Below the pieces are notes generated by a model that was given only the letters and a program-made list of their open reading frames with translations, was not told the origin of the DNA and ran no database searches. A stretch of DNA of 64,000 nucleotides, taken from the NCBI GenBank assembly GCA_035285865.1, contig JAYKHS010000014.1, positions 64,001-128,000 on the forward strand, in the 5' to 3' direction. Source of the DNA: Candidatus Sericytochromatia bacterium (GTDB taxonomy: Bacteria; Cyanobacteriota; Sericytochromatia; S15B-MN24; VGJW01). Positions 16,852 through 27,387 of this stretch are shown piece by piece; positions within the stretch are counted from its first letter, which is position 1, and each line of letters starts with the position of its first letter. A program made the position numbers and the translations under genes.

Positions 16852-19800
16852 ATGCACCCCTACCTCGCCGCTCTGGAACAGCGCGTGCTCGTCTTCGACG
16901 GTGGCATGGGCACGATGTTGCAACCCTTGGAGCTGACGCCCGACGACTACCAGGGGTTGGCCGGCTGCCCCGAGATCCTCGTGGCAAGCCGTCCGGACGT
17001 CATCCGGCAGGTGCACCGCGCCTACCTCGAGGCCGGTGCGGATGTCGTGGAGACCAACACCTTCGGAGGCAACCGCCTGAAGCTGGCCGAGTGGGGACTC
17101 GGGGAACGGGTGCACGAGATCAACGTGGCCGCGGCCCGTCTTGCGCGCGAGATGGCCGATGCATTCGCGGCGCCGGACAGACCGCGCTTCGTGGCGGGTT
17201 CGATCGGTCCTACCGGCATGCTGCCCTCGTCCGGGGATCCGGTCCTGGGTGCGATAGGCTTCGAGGCGCTGGCCGACATCTTCCGGGAGCAGGCGCTGGC
17301 GCTGATGGACGGGGGATGCGATCTGTTGCTGGTCGAGACCGCTCAGGACATCCTCGAGGTTCGCGCGGCCATCGCGGGCATCCGCAGGGCCTTCGCCGCG
17401 GCGGGGCGTACCTTGCCGCTGCAGGTCCAGGTCACCCTCGACACGACGGGCCGGATGCTGCTGGGCACGGACATCGGTGCCGCCCTCGCGATCATCGGGG
17501 CCTTGCCCGTCGATGTGGTGGGCCTGAACTGTGCCACCGGGCCGGACGCGATGCGGGAGCCGGTGGCCCTGCTGGCCGAGCGCTCCACGCGGCCGGTCAG
17601 CATCCTGCCCAATGCCGGCCTGCCCCTCAATGTCGACGGCAAGGCCGTCTATCCGCTGGAACCCGAGCCGATGGCGCACATCCTCGCCGAGTACGTCTCG
17701 CGCTACGGTGTGCGAGTGGTCGGCGGCTGCTGCGGCACGACTCCGGCGCATATCCGGGCCTTGGTCGCGGCGGTGGCGCACTTGCCGCCGCAGCCGCGAC
17801 CGGGGTCCAGTCCGGCCCACGTGGCCAGCGCCATGCGCGCCGTGGCCCTTGATCAGGAGCCCGCCCCCCTGCTGGTCGGGGAGCGCCTGAACGCCCAGGG
17901 CAGCCGCAAGGTCAAGCAGTTGCTGCTGGACGGGGATGATGACGGGCTGGTGCAGGTCGCCCGACAGCAGGTGGCTGCGGGGGCTCATGTGCTGGACGTC
18001 TGCGTCGCCCTGACCGAGCGTGCGGACGAGGCCCAGACGATGGCGCGCGTGGTGGGTGCCTTGTCTCGAGGCGTCGAGGCGCCCCTGATGATCGATTCGA
18101 CCGAGCCCGCGGTCCTGCGGGAAGCGCTGCGTGCGTGCCCCGGTCGGGCCATCGTCAACTCGGTCCACCTCGAGAACGGCCGGACCCGGATCGACACTGT
18201 CCTGCCGGACGTGCTCGAGCATGGTGCCGCCGTCGTCGCCCTGACGATCGACGAGGAGGGCATGGCCCGCTCTGCGGATCGCAAGCTGGCCGTGGCGGCG
18301 CGCATCCATGACCTTTGCGTGGCCGGGCATGGCCTTGCCTCCGATGCCCTCATCGTGGATACGCTGACCTTCACGTTGGCGACGGGGGACCCCGAGTATG
18401 CCCGGTCCGCGCTCGAGACGATCGACGGCATTCGTCGGGTCAAGGAGGCCTTGCCGGGCGTCCGGACCATCCTCGGTGTCTCGAACGTGTCCTTCGGGCT
18501 GGGGGCAGAGGCCCGCAAGGTCGTCAACGCAGTCTTTCTGCATCATGCCGTGCGGGCCGGCCTGGACATGGCCATCGTCCATCCCGATCACGTGTTGCCG
18601 CTCCACGAGATGCCTGACGAGGCCCGGGAACTGGCCGAGGACCTCGTGCTGGCGCGCCGGGAAGATGCCCTGCCTCGTCTGATTGCCTGGTTCGATCGGG
18701 CGGAAGGTGTGCCCGTGGCCGGCAACGCGAGGGCCTCCGGGAGCGACGCGGGCACCGCCGAGGAGCGTATCCACCGGCAGATCGTCGAACGGCGACGCGA
18801 GGGCATCGAGACCCTGCTCGACGAGGTCCTCGCGCGTCGCAGCGCCGTGTCGGTCCTGAACGAGGTGCTGCTGCCCGCGATGAAGGAAGTGGGGGATCGC
18901 TTCGGTGCCGGCGAGCTGATCCTGCCGTTCGTCCTGCAGTCGGCCGAGGTCATGAAGCGTGCCGTGGCCCATGTGGAGCCGCATCTGGATCGCGTCGACG
19001 GGGTCACGAAGGGGACGGTGGTGCTGGCGACCGTCTTCGGGGATGTCCACGACATCGGCAAGAACCTCGTCCACGTGATTCTGGCCAACAACGGCTACAC
19101 GGTGCACGACCTGGGCAAGCAAGTGCCCGTGCAGACGATCCTGGATCGGGCCCGCGAGCTGGGAGCCGATGCGATCGGCCTCTCCGCCCTGCTGGTCTCG
19201 ACCTCGAAGCAGATGCCGATCTGCGTCGAGGAAGCCCACCGACAGGGCCTGCACCTGCCCATCCTGATCGGGGGCGCCGCCATCAATCCGTCCTTCGGTC
19301 GGCGGGTCGCCCTGCTGCCGGACGGGCAGCCCTATCCCGCGGGGGTCTACTATGCCCGGGATGCCTTCGAGGGCCTGTCGCTGCTGGATCGCCTGACGGA
19401 CCCCGAGCGCCGCGAGGCCTTGGTCGGCGAGGTCCGGGAGGCGGCGCTTGCCGCGGCGGAACGGCCAGAGCGTCCATCTGCGCCGGTCGTCCGGGTCGGC
19501 AGGTCCGCAGTGCCGGTCCAGGATGTGCTGCCGGAGCCGCCGTTCTGGGGAGCCCGCGCCTTGGACGACGTGCCCTTGGATGATCTCTTCGATCTGCTGG
19601 ATCGCGACAGCCTGTTCCGGCTTTCCTGGGGCGGTCGCGGCACCAAGGGCGAAGCATGGGATCGGTTGGTGGAGGACACGTTCGTGCCGCGGCTCCGGCG
19701 CTTCCGGGCAGAGTTGCGATCGGCGTCCTGGGTCCGTCCTCGTGCGGTTTTCGGCTTCTATGCCTGTGTGGCCGAAGGGGATGCCATCGTGGTCTATCCC

Positions 19801-20304
19801 GACCCCGAGGCTCGAGAGCCTGTGGGGCGGTTCCACTGCCCTCGCCAGTCCTCGGGAGAGCACCTCTCGCTGGCGGATTACGTGCGGCCCGTCGATGCTG
19901 GCGGACGGGACGTGCTGGCGTTGCAAGCCGTCACGGTGGGAGCCGAGGTGACGGAACACCTGGCCCGCCTGCAGGCGGGTGAGGCGTGGGCTGATGCCTA
20001 CATGGCCCACGGACTGGCCGTCGAGCTGGCGGAGGCACTTGCCGAGTGGACGCACCGCCGCGTCCGCAGCCTCTGGGGTCTGGCCGAGGGCCGGGGCAAG
20101 CGTTACAGCTGGGGGTATCCCGCCATTCCCGACCTGGACGACCATCGCACGCTGTTCCGGGTCTTGCCGGTTGCCGAGGCCATCGGGCTGTCGTTGACGG
20201 AAGCGTGCCAGTTGCTCCCGGAGCAATCGACCGTGGCCGTGGTGCTGCACCATCCCGAGGCCCGCTACTTCTCGGTGCGTCCCGCCGCGGGCGGTCCCGC
20301 GTGA
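16852..20304 (+). CDS. metH: cobalamin-dependent methionine synthase
   Basis: FDGGMGTM, GLNCATGP, GGCCGTTP, VGERLNAQGS pterin domain, GDVHDIGKN B12 motif, RYSWGYPA activation domain. Confidence 0.96.
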   Translation: MHPYLAALEQRVLVFDGGMGTMLQPLELTPDDYQGLAGCPEILVASRPDVIRQVHRAYLEAGADVVETNTFGGNRLKLAEWGLGERVHEINVAAARLAREMADAFAAPDRPRFVAGSIGPTGMLPSSGDPVLGAIGFEALADIFREQALALMDGGCDLLLVETAQDILEVRAAIAGIRRAFAAAGRTLPLQVQVTLDTTGRMLLGTDIGAALAIIGALPVDVVGLNCATGPDAMREPVALLAERSTRPVSILPNAGLPLNVDGKAVYPLEPEPMAHILAEYVSRYGVRVVGGCCGTTPAHIRALVAAVAHLPPQPRPGSSPAHVASAMRAVALDQEPAPLLVGERLNAQGSRKVKQLLLDGDDDGLVQVARQQVAAGAHVLDVCVALTERADEAQTMARVVGALSRGVEAPLMIDSTEPAVLREALRACPGRAIVNSVHLENGRTRIDTVLPDVLEHGAAVVALTIDEEGMARSADRKLAVAARIHDLCVAGHGLASDALIVDTLTFTLATGDPEYARSALETIDGIRRVKEALPGVRTILGVSNVSFGLGAEARKVVNAVFLHHAVRAGLDMAIVHPDHVLPLHEMPDEARELAEDLVLARREDALPRLIAWFDRAEGVPVAGNARASGSDAGTAEERIHRQIVERRREGIETLLDEVLARRSAVSVLNEVLLPAMKEVGDRFGAGELILPFVLQSAEVMKRAVAHVEPHLDRVDGVTKGTVVLATVFGDVHDIGKNLVHVILANNGYTVHDLGKQVPVQTILDRARELGADAIGLSALLVSTSKQMPICVEEAHRQGLHLPILIGGAAINPSFGRRVALLPDGQPYPAGVYYARDAFEGLSLLDRLTDPERREALVGEVREAALAAAERPERPSAPVVRVGRSAVPVQDVLPEPPFWGARALDDVPLDDLFDLLDRDSLFRLSWGGRGTKGEAWDRLVEDTFVPRLRRFRAELRSASWVRPRAVFGFYACVAEGDAIVVYPDPEAREPVGRFHCPRQSSGEHLSLADYVRPVDAGGRDVLALQAVTVGAEVTEHLARLQAGEAWADAYMAHGLAVELAEALAEWTHRRVRSLWGLAEGRGKRYSWGYPAIPDLDDHRTLFRVLPVAEAIGLSLTEACQLLPEQSTVAVVLHHPEARYFSVRPAAGGPA

Positions 20305-22130
20305 GGAAGCCGCTGGCCGAGGTGCTCGCCTCGGGAGAGAGGCTGCTCTTCGACGGCGCGATGGGCACGATGCTCTACCAGAAGGGCGTCTTCATCAACC
20401 GCAGCTACGACGCGCTCTGCTTCGAGGAGCCCGATCTCGTGGCCTCGGTTCACGCGGAATACGTTCGTGCCGGGGCGCAGATTCTCGAGACCAATACCTT
20501 CGGCGCGACGCGGCCTCACCTGGCGGCCCACGGCCTCGGTGACGACGTGACGCGCCTGAACCGCGTCGCCGCAGGGCTCGCCCGCCGTGCGGCCGGTGAG
20601 GCTATCTGGGTGGCCGGTGCCATCGGACCCCTGGGCATCCGCCTTGAACCTTACGGTCCCACGGCCCTCGAGGAGGCGCGGGTCTGTTTCGGCGAGGCCG
20701 TGGACGGGCTGCTCGAGGGTGGCGTGGATGCCTTCGTGCTGGAGACCTTCTCGGACCTCGAGGAGATGCACCAGGCGATTCTCGCCGTGCGGATGCGGAC
20801 GACGCTGCCCATCATCGCCCAGATGACGCTGCAGGAAGACGGGCGTACCAGCTACGGGGCCACGCCGGAGGAGATCGCCCGCGCCCTGGACGGATGGGGT
20901 GCGGATGTCGTCGGCTTGAACTGCTCGGTGGGGCCTGCTCCCCTCCTGGAGGCCATCGAGCGGATGGCCGGGATCACGGCGAGACCCCTGTCCGTGCAAC
21001 CGAACGCCGGGATGCCCCGAGAGGTCGCCGGGCGCAAGATGTACCTGTCCAGCCCGGAGTACATGGCGCGGTACGCGCGTCGTCTGATGCAGGTTGGGGC
21101 GAGGCTCGTCGGAGGTTGCTGCGGGACGACCCCCGAACATGTGCGTCTGATGGCCGATGCCGTGCGGGCGCGGGGGCCGGGGCGCGTGCGTGTCGTGTCC
21201 CGCGAGCAGGCCGTCCCGGCGGTCGTCGCCCAGGAACCGCCCGTCCCGTTGGCCGCGCGTTCGCGCCTCGGGGCGCGTCTGGCGTCGGGGGAGTTCGTCT
21301 CGTCCGTCGAGTTGTTGCCGCCCCGGGGCGTGGACGTTGCCGACTGGCTGGAGCGGGTGCGGCACTTGCGCGACGCCGGCATCGACGCCCTGAACGTGCC
21401 GGACGGGCCCCGTGCCCAGAGCCGGATGAGCGCCCTCGCCGCGAGCGTCCTGCTGGCCCGCGAGGGGCTCGAGCCCGTCGTCCACTACACCTGCCGGGAC
21501 CGGAATCTGCTGGGCATGCAGTCGGATCTGCTCGGAGCCGCGGCCCTCGGCATCGGCAACCTGCTGCTCGTCACCGGGGATCCTCCCAAGATGGGGCCCT
21601 ATCCGCAGGCTACGGCGGTCTTCGACATCGATGCCATCGGTCTGGCCAACATGGTCCGGAACCTCAACCTCGGGCTGGACCTCGGAGGGCATCCGATGGG
21701 CAGCCGTACGGCTTTCTGCTATGGCGTCGGGGTCAATCCCGCGGCCCTCGACCTCGAGCACGAACTGCGGCGCTTCGCCTGGAAGGTCGAGGCGGGTGCC
21801 CAGTTCGCCATTACCCAGCCGGTCTTCGATGCGGCCCAGTTCGAGGCCTTTCTCGAGCGCGCCCGGCCTTTCGGCATCCCGATCGTGGCCGGCATCTGGC
21901 CTTTCGCCAGCCATCGCAATGCCGAGTTCATGGCCAATGAGGTCCCGGGCGTCTCCGTCCCTCGGGAGCTGTTGCGCCGCATGCAGCGCGCCGAAGCGGG
22001 CGGTGCGGCTGCCATCGAGGGCGTGGCGATCGCGCGCGAGATGCTGGCGCGATTCCGCGGGGCGATCCAGGGCGTGCAGATCAGCGCTCCGCTCGGGCGA
22101 GTGGACCTGGCGCTTGCCGTGCTAACCTAG
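20301..22130 (+). CDS. bifunctional homocysteine S-methyltransferase / methylenetetrahydrofolate reductase (YitJ-like)
   Basis: FDGAMGT, GLNCSVGP, GGCCGTTP then VELLPPRG, HYTCRDRN, VTGDPP, AITQPVFD; GTGA overlap with metH. Confidence 0.93.
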   Translation: MRKPLAEVLASGERLLFDGAMGTMLYQKGVFINRSYDALCFEEPDLVASVHAEYVRAGAQILETNTFGATRPHLAAHGLGDDVTRLNRVAAGLARRAAGEAIWVAGAIGPLGIRLEPYGPTALEEARVCFGEAVDGLLEGGVDAFVLETFSDLEEMHQAILAVRMRTTLPIIAQMTLQEDGRTSYGATPEEIARALDGWGADVVGLNCSVGPAPLLEAIERMAGITARPLSVQPNAGMPREVAGRKMYLSSPEYMARYARRLMQVGARLVGGCCGTTPEHVRLMADAVRARGPGRVRVVSREQAVPAVVAQEPPVPLAARSRLGARLASGEFVSSVELLPPRGVDVADWLERVRHLRDAGIDALNVPDGPRAQSRMSALAASVLLAREGLEPVVHYTCRDRNLLGMQSDLLGAAALGIGNLLLVTGDPPKMGPYPQATAVFDIDAIGLANMVRNLNLGLDLGGHPMGSRTAFCYGVGVNPAALDLEHELRRFAWKVEAGAQFAITQPVFDAAQFEAFLERARPFGIPIVAGIWPFASHRNAEFMANEVPGVSVPRELLRRMQRAEAGGAAAIEGVAIAREMLARFRGAIQGVQISAPLGRVDLALAVLT

Positions 22131-22135
22131 GCATC

Positions 22136-23224
22136 ATGCGCCTTCTGGACCTCGTGCATGCCCTCGACGCGCAGGTCGGTCGACCCGCCACCTTGTCGAT
22201 CGTGGGCACGGCCAAGAATGTCGGCAAGACGACCACGCTCAACTGGCTGATCGAGCGCCTCGCGCCTGCGGGACCCCTCGGCCTGACTTCCGTCGGTCGG
22301 GACGGCGAGGATCTCGATGCCGTCACGGACCTTCCCAAGCCGCGCATCCGTCCTCCGGTCGGTACGCTGCTGGCGACGGCAGAAGCCTCGGCCCGCAGGG
22401 CCACGGCGCCGTTGGTGCGGATCGCGGAAACCGCGGTCCACACGGGTCTGGGGCCCGTGGGTATCTACCGTGTCGCCGGGCGGGGAGCCGTGGAGATCGC
22501 AGGACCCGTGACGGTCGAGGGCGCGGTCGCGGTGCGCGAGGCACTGCTGGGTGCGGGTGCCGTGCGGGTTCTCGTGGACGGGGCCATCGATCGGAGGGCT
22601 TCGGCCTCGCCCAAGCTGGCCGAGGGTGTCCTGCTCGCGACGGGACTGGCCATGGCGGCATCCGGCGGGGCGCGGCTCGCCCCGATGGCGGGCATGCGGG
22701 CGGATACGCTGGCTCGGCCCGAACCCGGTGCATTGGCATACCGCGAACGGACGATTGAGGATAGCATTTACGTTGTTGATTTGTTGACAATGAATCAAAG
22801 CGGTAATTTGATTGAAGTTCTTTATCCGTCTTGCATGAATGCTGACGGCAGCGTTGTCCCCTATCTCTCGGGTCAGGCGCTGGAAGATCCTGTGGCCTTC
22901 GCGGCGTGGCTGCCCGACGACCTGCAGGCCCTGCATCTGCCCGGAGCCCTCTCCGAAGGCCTCGCCCAGGCGTTGCTCGACCGCCGCTTGCCGACCGTGC
23001 CCATCGTGCTGCCAGACGCCACGCACGCCGTCTGTCGTCCCGCGACCCTCGCTCGCCTGCGCAGGCGCGGGCACGCCATCGAGGTTCGTGAGGCCATCCG
23101 CCTCCTGGCCGTCACGTGCAACCCCACGGCTCCGCACGTGCAGGCCCTGGATGCCGCGGACTTGCTGCGCGCGCTGCGCGAGGCCCTTCGGGTACCGGTC
23201 TTCGACCTCGTCGCACAACCGTGA
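22136..23224 (+). CDS. kamB: lysine 5,6-aminomutase reactivase subunit KamB-like
   Basis: SIVGTAKNVGKTTTLN, GLTSVGRDGE, KPRI, LVDGAIDRRASASP, LLAVTCNP; upstream of kamDE. Confidence 0.75.
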   Translation: MRLLDLVHALDAQVGRPATLSIVGTAKNVGKTTTLNWLIERLAPAGPLGLTSVGRDGEDLDAVTDLPKPRIRPPVGTLLATAEASARRATAPLVRIAETAVHTGLGPVGIYRVAGRGAVEIAGPVTVEGAVAVREALLGAGAVRVLVDGAIDRRASASPKLAEGVLLATGLAMAASGGARLAPMAGMRADTLARPEPGALAYRERTIEDSIYVVDLLTMNQSGNLIEVLYPSCMNADGSVVPYLSGQALEDPVAFAAWLPDDLQALHLPGALSEGLAQALLDRRLPTVPIVLPDATHAVCRPATLARLRRRGHAIEVREAIRLLAVTCNPTAPHVQALDAADLLRALREALRVPVFDLVAQP

Positions 23225-23345
23225 ATCTGCCCGAGTCGGCCCTGAAACCTTTGCCATGCGTCAAATGCGCGTGAAACCCGTTACGCGCAGCGGATGATCG
23301 GTGCATGGTGATCGGGTATCCCTCTCATTACCGAGGCATCCCCCG

Positions 23346-24845
23346 ATGTTCAAGCCGGAGATGGGCGTCCGCTCCCCGTCGGGCCTGCTCAGGCACAAGG
23401 GGCTGACGGGCGAGTTGCCGGCCATCGACGGTGGCGAGAATCCGCAGGAGGCTCGCGCGGCCAAGGCCCCCAATCGGCCATCCCCCGGACCTTCGGCCAC
23501 GACGCAGGACGGCTTCGCGGGCAGCCGGGATTGGCAAGCGGCCATCGACAGGATGGCTTCCGGATTGACCCGGGGGCCGGTGGACGCTCCTGTCGGCGAG
23601 CCGACGCCGGCTCCGAGGCCGTTGCCACAGGCCGCCGAGCCGAATCCCGCGGAGCCGCTCCCGGCGTTCCGCAGGGGAACCGCCCAGCAGATCCAGGCGA
23701 CATTCATCGCCCAGTCCTACGGTGGTGGCGGACACCCCATGGCGGCTGTTCCCGAGGATCTGGCCAAGCGTCTGGGCGGCGATGGGCAGGCCCTCAGGGC
23801 GCTTGAACTGCTGATGGTCCGCGGCATTGCCGAGCGGATGGACAGTCGCGGGAACCGGGTGATCGATCACCTGCGTGCCATCCTCGACATGCCCGTCGTC
23901 GCCGGACGTCCCAGCCCGTTGCAGGTCGCACGGGAGCTGATGGACGGCCTGTTGTCCCCCCACAGCATCCAGCAGGGGCAGGGGACCTTCAGCTGCACGG
24001 CCGCGACCATCCAGGGCATCCTCGCCAGCACGAATCCCGGTGAGTATATGCGCGTGGTCCGGGGCCTCGTCTTCGAGGGTGAGGTCCAGACTCAGGGCGG
24101 GGATGTCTTGAAGGCCGATCTGCGTGGCCTGAAGGTGGACGAGGGGCGGAACGTCACCGAAGACATTTTCCAGGAGTCCGTGATGGCCTTCGGGAAGGCC
24201 ATGGGGGACGGTGGTGGTACCAGAACCTATGGCAACGGTTCCTACGGCAGCGGCAGCATGCCGCGGACACCTGCCCAGTCCCCTGCCTCCGGTGCAGCCC
24301 AGCCGAAGGCCCCGCCTCAGGCGCCCGCAAGCGGCAGCAAGGCCGGGGCGGTCAAGCCCCCGCCACCGCCCCAGCGTCGGTGGGGATCCGAACTGGGTGG
24401 CGGTCACGATGGGCTGACGTCGGCTCAATTCACCGGCATCGTGCAGTCGCTGACCGGTCAGAAGTCCGCGGCCATGGAGCCCAGCGACGGTTTCACCAGG
24501 CAGGCGATGCTCGCGATTCTGGGCGAGCTGCTGCACAACGGTCCGGTTGCCGTCGGCATCGCCGGGACCGACAACGAGGGCAAGCCCACGATGCACGCGG
24601 TTCGCGTGACGGCGAGTGCCAACGGCGTCATCACCTTCGAGGACTCGGGCACCGGCGAGTCGAAGTCGGCACCCGTCGATGAGTTCCACTCCAGACTCAA
24701 GATGATCATGGTGCCTTTCGAGGAGTACGACCGCCTGACCGGACTGGGCCTCAGCACCGGCCTGCGCACGATGCCCAGCGGTGGTGGCGGTGGGGGTGGT
24801 GGCGGTCTGGTCGGGCCGAGCGCCGGCCGCATGGCCCTGAAGTAG
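23346..24845 (+). CDS. hypothetical protein with a putative papain-like (Q-C-H-D) peptidase core
   Basis: IQQGQGTFSCTAATIQ...NPGEYMRVVRGL...MHAVRV...ITFEDSG; low-complexity Pro/Gly segments. Confidence 0.6.
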   Translation: MFKPEMGVRSPSGLLRHKGLTGELPAIDGGENPQEARAAKAPNRPSPGPSATTQDGFAGSRDWQAAIDRMASGLTRGPVDAPVGEPTPAPRPLPQAAEPNPAEPLPAFRRGTAQQIQATFIAQSYGGGGHPMAAVPEDLAKRLGGDGQALRALELLMVRGIAERMDSRGNRVIDHLRAILDMPVVAGRPSPLQVARELMDGLLSPHSIQQGQGTFSCTAATIQGILASTNPGEYMRVVRGLVFEGEVQTQGGDVLKADLRGLKVDEGRNVTEDIFQESVMAFGKAMGDGGGTRTYGNGSYGSGSMPRTPAQSPASGAAQPKAPPQAPASGSKAGAVKPPPPPQRRWGSELGGGHDGLTSAQFTGIVQSLTGQKSAAMEPSDGFTRQAMLAILGELLHNGPVAVGIAGTDNEGKPTMHAVRVTASANGVITFEDSGTGESKSAPVDEFHSRLKMIMVPFEEYDRLTGLGLSTGLRTMPSGGGGGGGGGLVGPSAGRMALK

Positions 24846-24927
24846 GCCTGTTTCCGGCTTGCAGGTGCCTGCGGCCCTGCGTTCCTCGCCACGCGGTCCC
24901 GTCCTTCCCGGCAAGGCGTCCCGGCCG

Positions 24928-24936
24928 TGCTACCAT
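24928..24936 (+). promoter_or_regulatory. extended -10 candidate TGCTACCAT for kamDE-kal
   Basis: TGnTAnnnT about 90 nt upstream of kamD. Confidence 0.45.
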
Positions 24937-25028
24937 GGGCGCAATCGGGCACAGGGAAAGCATCGTGGCCCCCTGTCGGCGGCTCGGTGAGGCCGCCGGT
25001 ATCCGTGCCCGGATCAGAGGCCTCGACC

Positions 25029-26585
25029 ATGAAGTTGCCCCTCGATGAAGCCAAGGTGGCCTACGCCAGAGCCTTGGCGGAACGTGTCGTGTCGCCCCTG
25101 CTGGGCTCGTTCGCGCAGCGGTCCACCGTATCCATCGAACGGGCGGTGCTGCGCCTCTACGGCGTGGATGGCGTCGATGCCGAGGATATCCCCTGGCCCA
25201 ATCGCGTGGTGGATCGCCTGAAGCAGGACGGTCATCTGGCTGCGGGGGCGGCTCTGGCACTCGGGGCCACGGTCCTTGCGACCGCTCTCCCGGTTCAGGA
25301 CGCGGCGGTGCATCTGGCCGAGCATGGGCTCGGGGTCGATCTTGCCAATCCTGCTGTCGCCGGTTCGGCGCGGGACTGGGCGGATATCGAGGCGCGCAGG
25401 GCCCTCATGCAGCTTGCAGCGAGCCGCAAGGTCCGCAGGGAGATGCGGCAGCGTCTGGGGACCGGGCCCGCTCCCCAGAAGTACCTGATCGTGGCCACGG
25501 GCAACATTCACGAGGATGTGCCGCAGGGCGTCATGGCGGCGAGGCAGGGTGCCGACGTCATCGCCGTCATCCGCTCGACGGGTCAGAGCCTGCTCGACTT
25601 CGTGCCTTATGGCGAGACCACCTACGGTACGGGGGGCACCTATGCCACCGGCGCCAACTTCCGTCTGATGCGGCAGGCTCTGGACGAGGTCGGCGAGGAA
25701 CTGGGCCGCTATATCCAGCTCACCAACTATGCCTCCGGCCTGTGCATGCCCGAGATCAGTGTCCTTGCGGCACAGGAGGGCCTGGACATGCTGCTCAACG
25801 ACGCGTTGTACGGCATCCTGTTCCGAGACATCAACATCCATCGGACGCTGACGGACCAGCATTTCAGTCGCATGCTCAACGCCTTCAGCGGCATCATCAT
25901 CAATACCGGCGAAGACAACTACCTGACGACAGCGGATGCCTACGAAGAAGGCCATACCGTCCTTGCCAGCCAGTTCATCAACGAGCGTTTCGCCAAGGCA
26001 GCCGGCATGCCGGAGTCCCTCATGGGGCTGGGCCATGCCTTCGAGATGAATCCGAACACCGAGGACGGCTTGCTCTACGAGATCGCGATGGCACAACTGG
26101 TCCGCCAGGTCTTCCCCGAGGCCCCGATCAAATGGATGCCTCCGACAAAGCATGTGACGGGCAACATCTTCTGGACTTACGCACACAACACGATGTTCAA
26201 TCTGGTGGGGGTGCTGACTGGGCAGTCCATCGAACTGCTCGGCATCCTGACGGAGGCCATCCACACACCCTTCGCCTCGGATCGTTACCTGGCCCTGCAG
26301 AACGCGGACTATGTGAACCGCTATGCGCGACACCTGTCCGAGGAGATCCGGTATGCCCCGGACGGACGCATCGCACGGCGTGCCGCTCAGGTTCTCGACG
26401 AAGCGGTGACTTTGCTGGAGCACGTGGCCGAGGATGGCCTGGTGCCGTCCGTCGCCAAGGCCGTGTTCGCAGGCGTGACCCGCCTGCCCGACGGTGGCAA
26501 GGGCCTCGCCGGAGTCTTCGACCGGGCGGAAGGCTACCACAATCCCTTCGAGGTCCTTCTGGCCCGTCAGGAGGTGCGCGTATGA
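25029..26585 (+). CDS. kamD: lysine 5,6-aminomutase alpha subunit
   Basis: [67 protein letters not shown]. Confidence 0.95.
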   Translation: MKLPLDEAKVAYARALAERVVSPLLGSFAQRSTVSIERAVLRLYGVDGVDAEDIPWPNRVVDRLKQDGHLAAGAALALGATVLATALPVQDAAVHLAEHGLGVDLANPAVAGSARDWADIEARRALMQLAASRKVRREMRQRLGTGPAPQKYLIVATGNIHEDVPQGVMAARQGADVIAVIRSTGQSLLDFVPYGETTYGTGGTYATGANFRLMRQALDEVGEELGRYIQLTNYASGLCMPEISVLAAQEGLDMLLNDALYGILFRDINIHRTLTDQHFSRMLNAFSGIIINTGEDNYLTTADAYEEGHTVLASQFINERFAKAAGMPESLMGLGHAFEMNPNTEDGLLYEIAMAQLVRQVFPEAPIKWMPPTKHVTGNIFWTYAHNTMFNLVGVLTGQSIELLGILTEAIHTPFASDRYLALQNADYVNRYARHLSEEIRYAPDGRIARRAAQVLDEAVTLLEHVAEDGLVPSVAKAVFAGVTRLPDGGKGLAGVFDRAEGYHNPFEVLLARQEVRV

Positions 26586-27358
26586 CCGGCATCCGCGAGG
26601 CCGATCTGGAGCGTCTGAAGCCCTACGGCGACACCATGGACGACGGCAAGACGCAGTTGTCCTTCTCCTTGCCGGTCCCGGCCGGACCCGAGGCTGCGGA
26701 GGCCGCGAAGCGCCTCGTCCTCGCGCACGGTTTCGCCGATCCCATGATGGTCCGCATGGAGCCGATGGGGCCCACCATGAGCTTCTTCGTGTTCTACGGG
26801 GCCATGCAGCAGACCGTCGACTACAAGAACCTCGTCGTGCCGAAGGCCGAGTTCGAGGCGTTGGACATGCACCAGATCGACGACCTCATCGAGCGCGAGT
26901 TCGGCCGCCGGCTGGTGGTCGTGGGTGCCTGCCCCGGAACCGATGCCCACACCGTCGGCATCGACGCCATCATGAACATGAAGGGCTACAACGGGCACTA
27001 CGGCCTCGAACGCTACCGCATGGTGAAGGCCGTCAACATGGGCGCTCAGATTCCCCCCGAGGCGCTCGTGGCCCGGGCCATCTCCGAGAATGCCGATGCC
27101 ATCTTGGCTTCTGTCGTGGTTACGCAGAAGGACCTCCACATCACGACGCTGACCGAGTTGGTCGAGGTCATGGAGGCCGAAGGTGTCCGGGATCGGATGT
27201 TGGCCATCGTCGGAGGCCCCCGGATGACCTACGACCTCGCCACCGAACTGGGCTTCGATGCCGGTTTCGGTCCCGGCAGTTATGCCGAGGATGTGGCCGC
27301 CTATGTCGCGCAGGAGTTGCTGCGGCGTCAGGGCAAGCCGATGGCCGCCAACGTCTGA
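26582..27358 (+). CDS. kamE: lysine 5,6-aminomutase beta subunit (B12/PLP-binding)
   Basis: [49 protein letters not shown] overlap. Confidence 0.95.
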   Translation: MTGIREADLERLKPYGDTMDDGKTQLSFSLPVPAGPEAAEAAKRLVLAHGFADPMMVRMEPMGPTMSFFVFYGAMQQTVDYKNLVVPKAEFEALDMHQIDDLIEREFGRRLVVVGACPGTDAHTVGIDAIMNMKGYNGHYGLERYRMVKAVNMGAQIPPEALVARAISENADAILASVVVTQKDLHITTLTELVEVMEAEGVRDRMLAIVGGPRMTYDLATELGFDAGFGPGSYAEDVAAYVAQELLRRQGKPMAANV

Positions 27359-27387
27359 TCGCAAGCCTGCACCAGGAGAACCCGACC

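Noticed and set aside
16771..20253. 1160-aa minus-strand ORF and similar long antisense ORFs throughout
   Set aside because: Mirror frames of real genes in high-GC DNA, with no domain motifs
24778..24805. GGT/GGC run as a phase-variable tract
   Set aside because: Mixed-codon poly-Gly near the C-terminus, not a pure repeat
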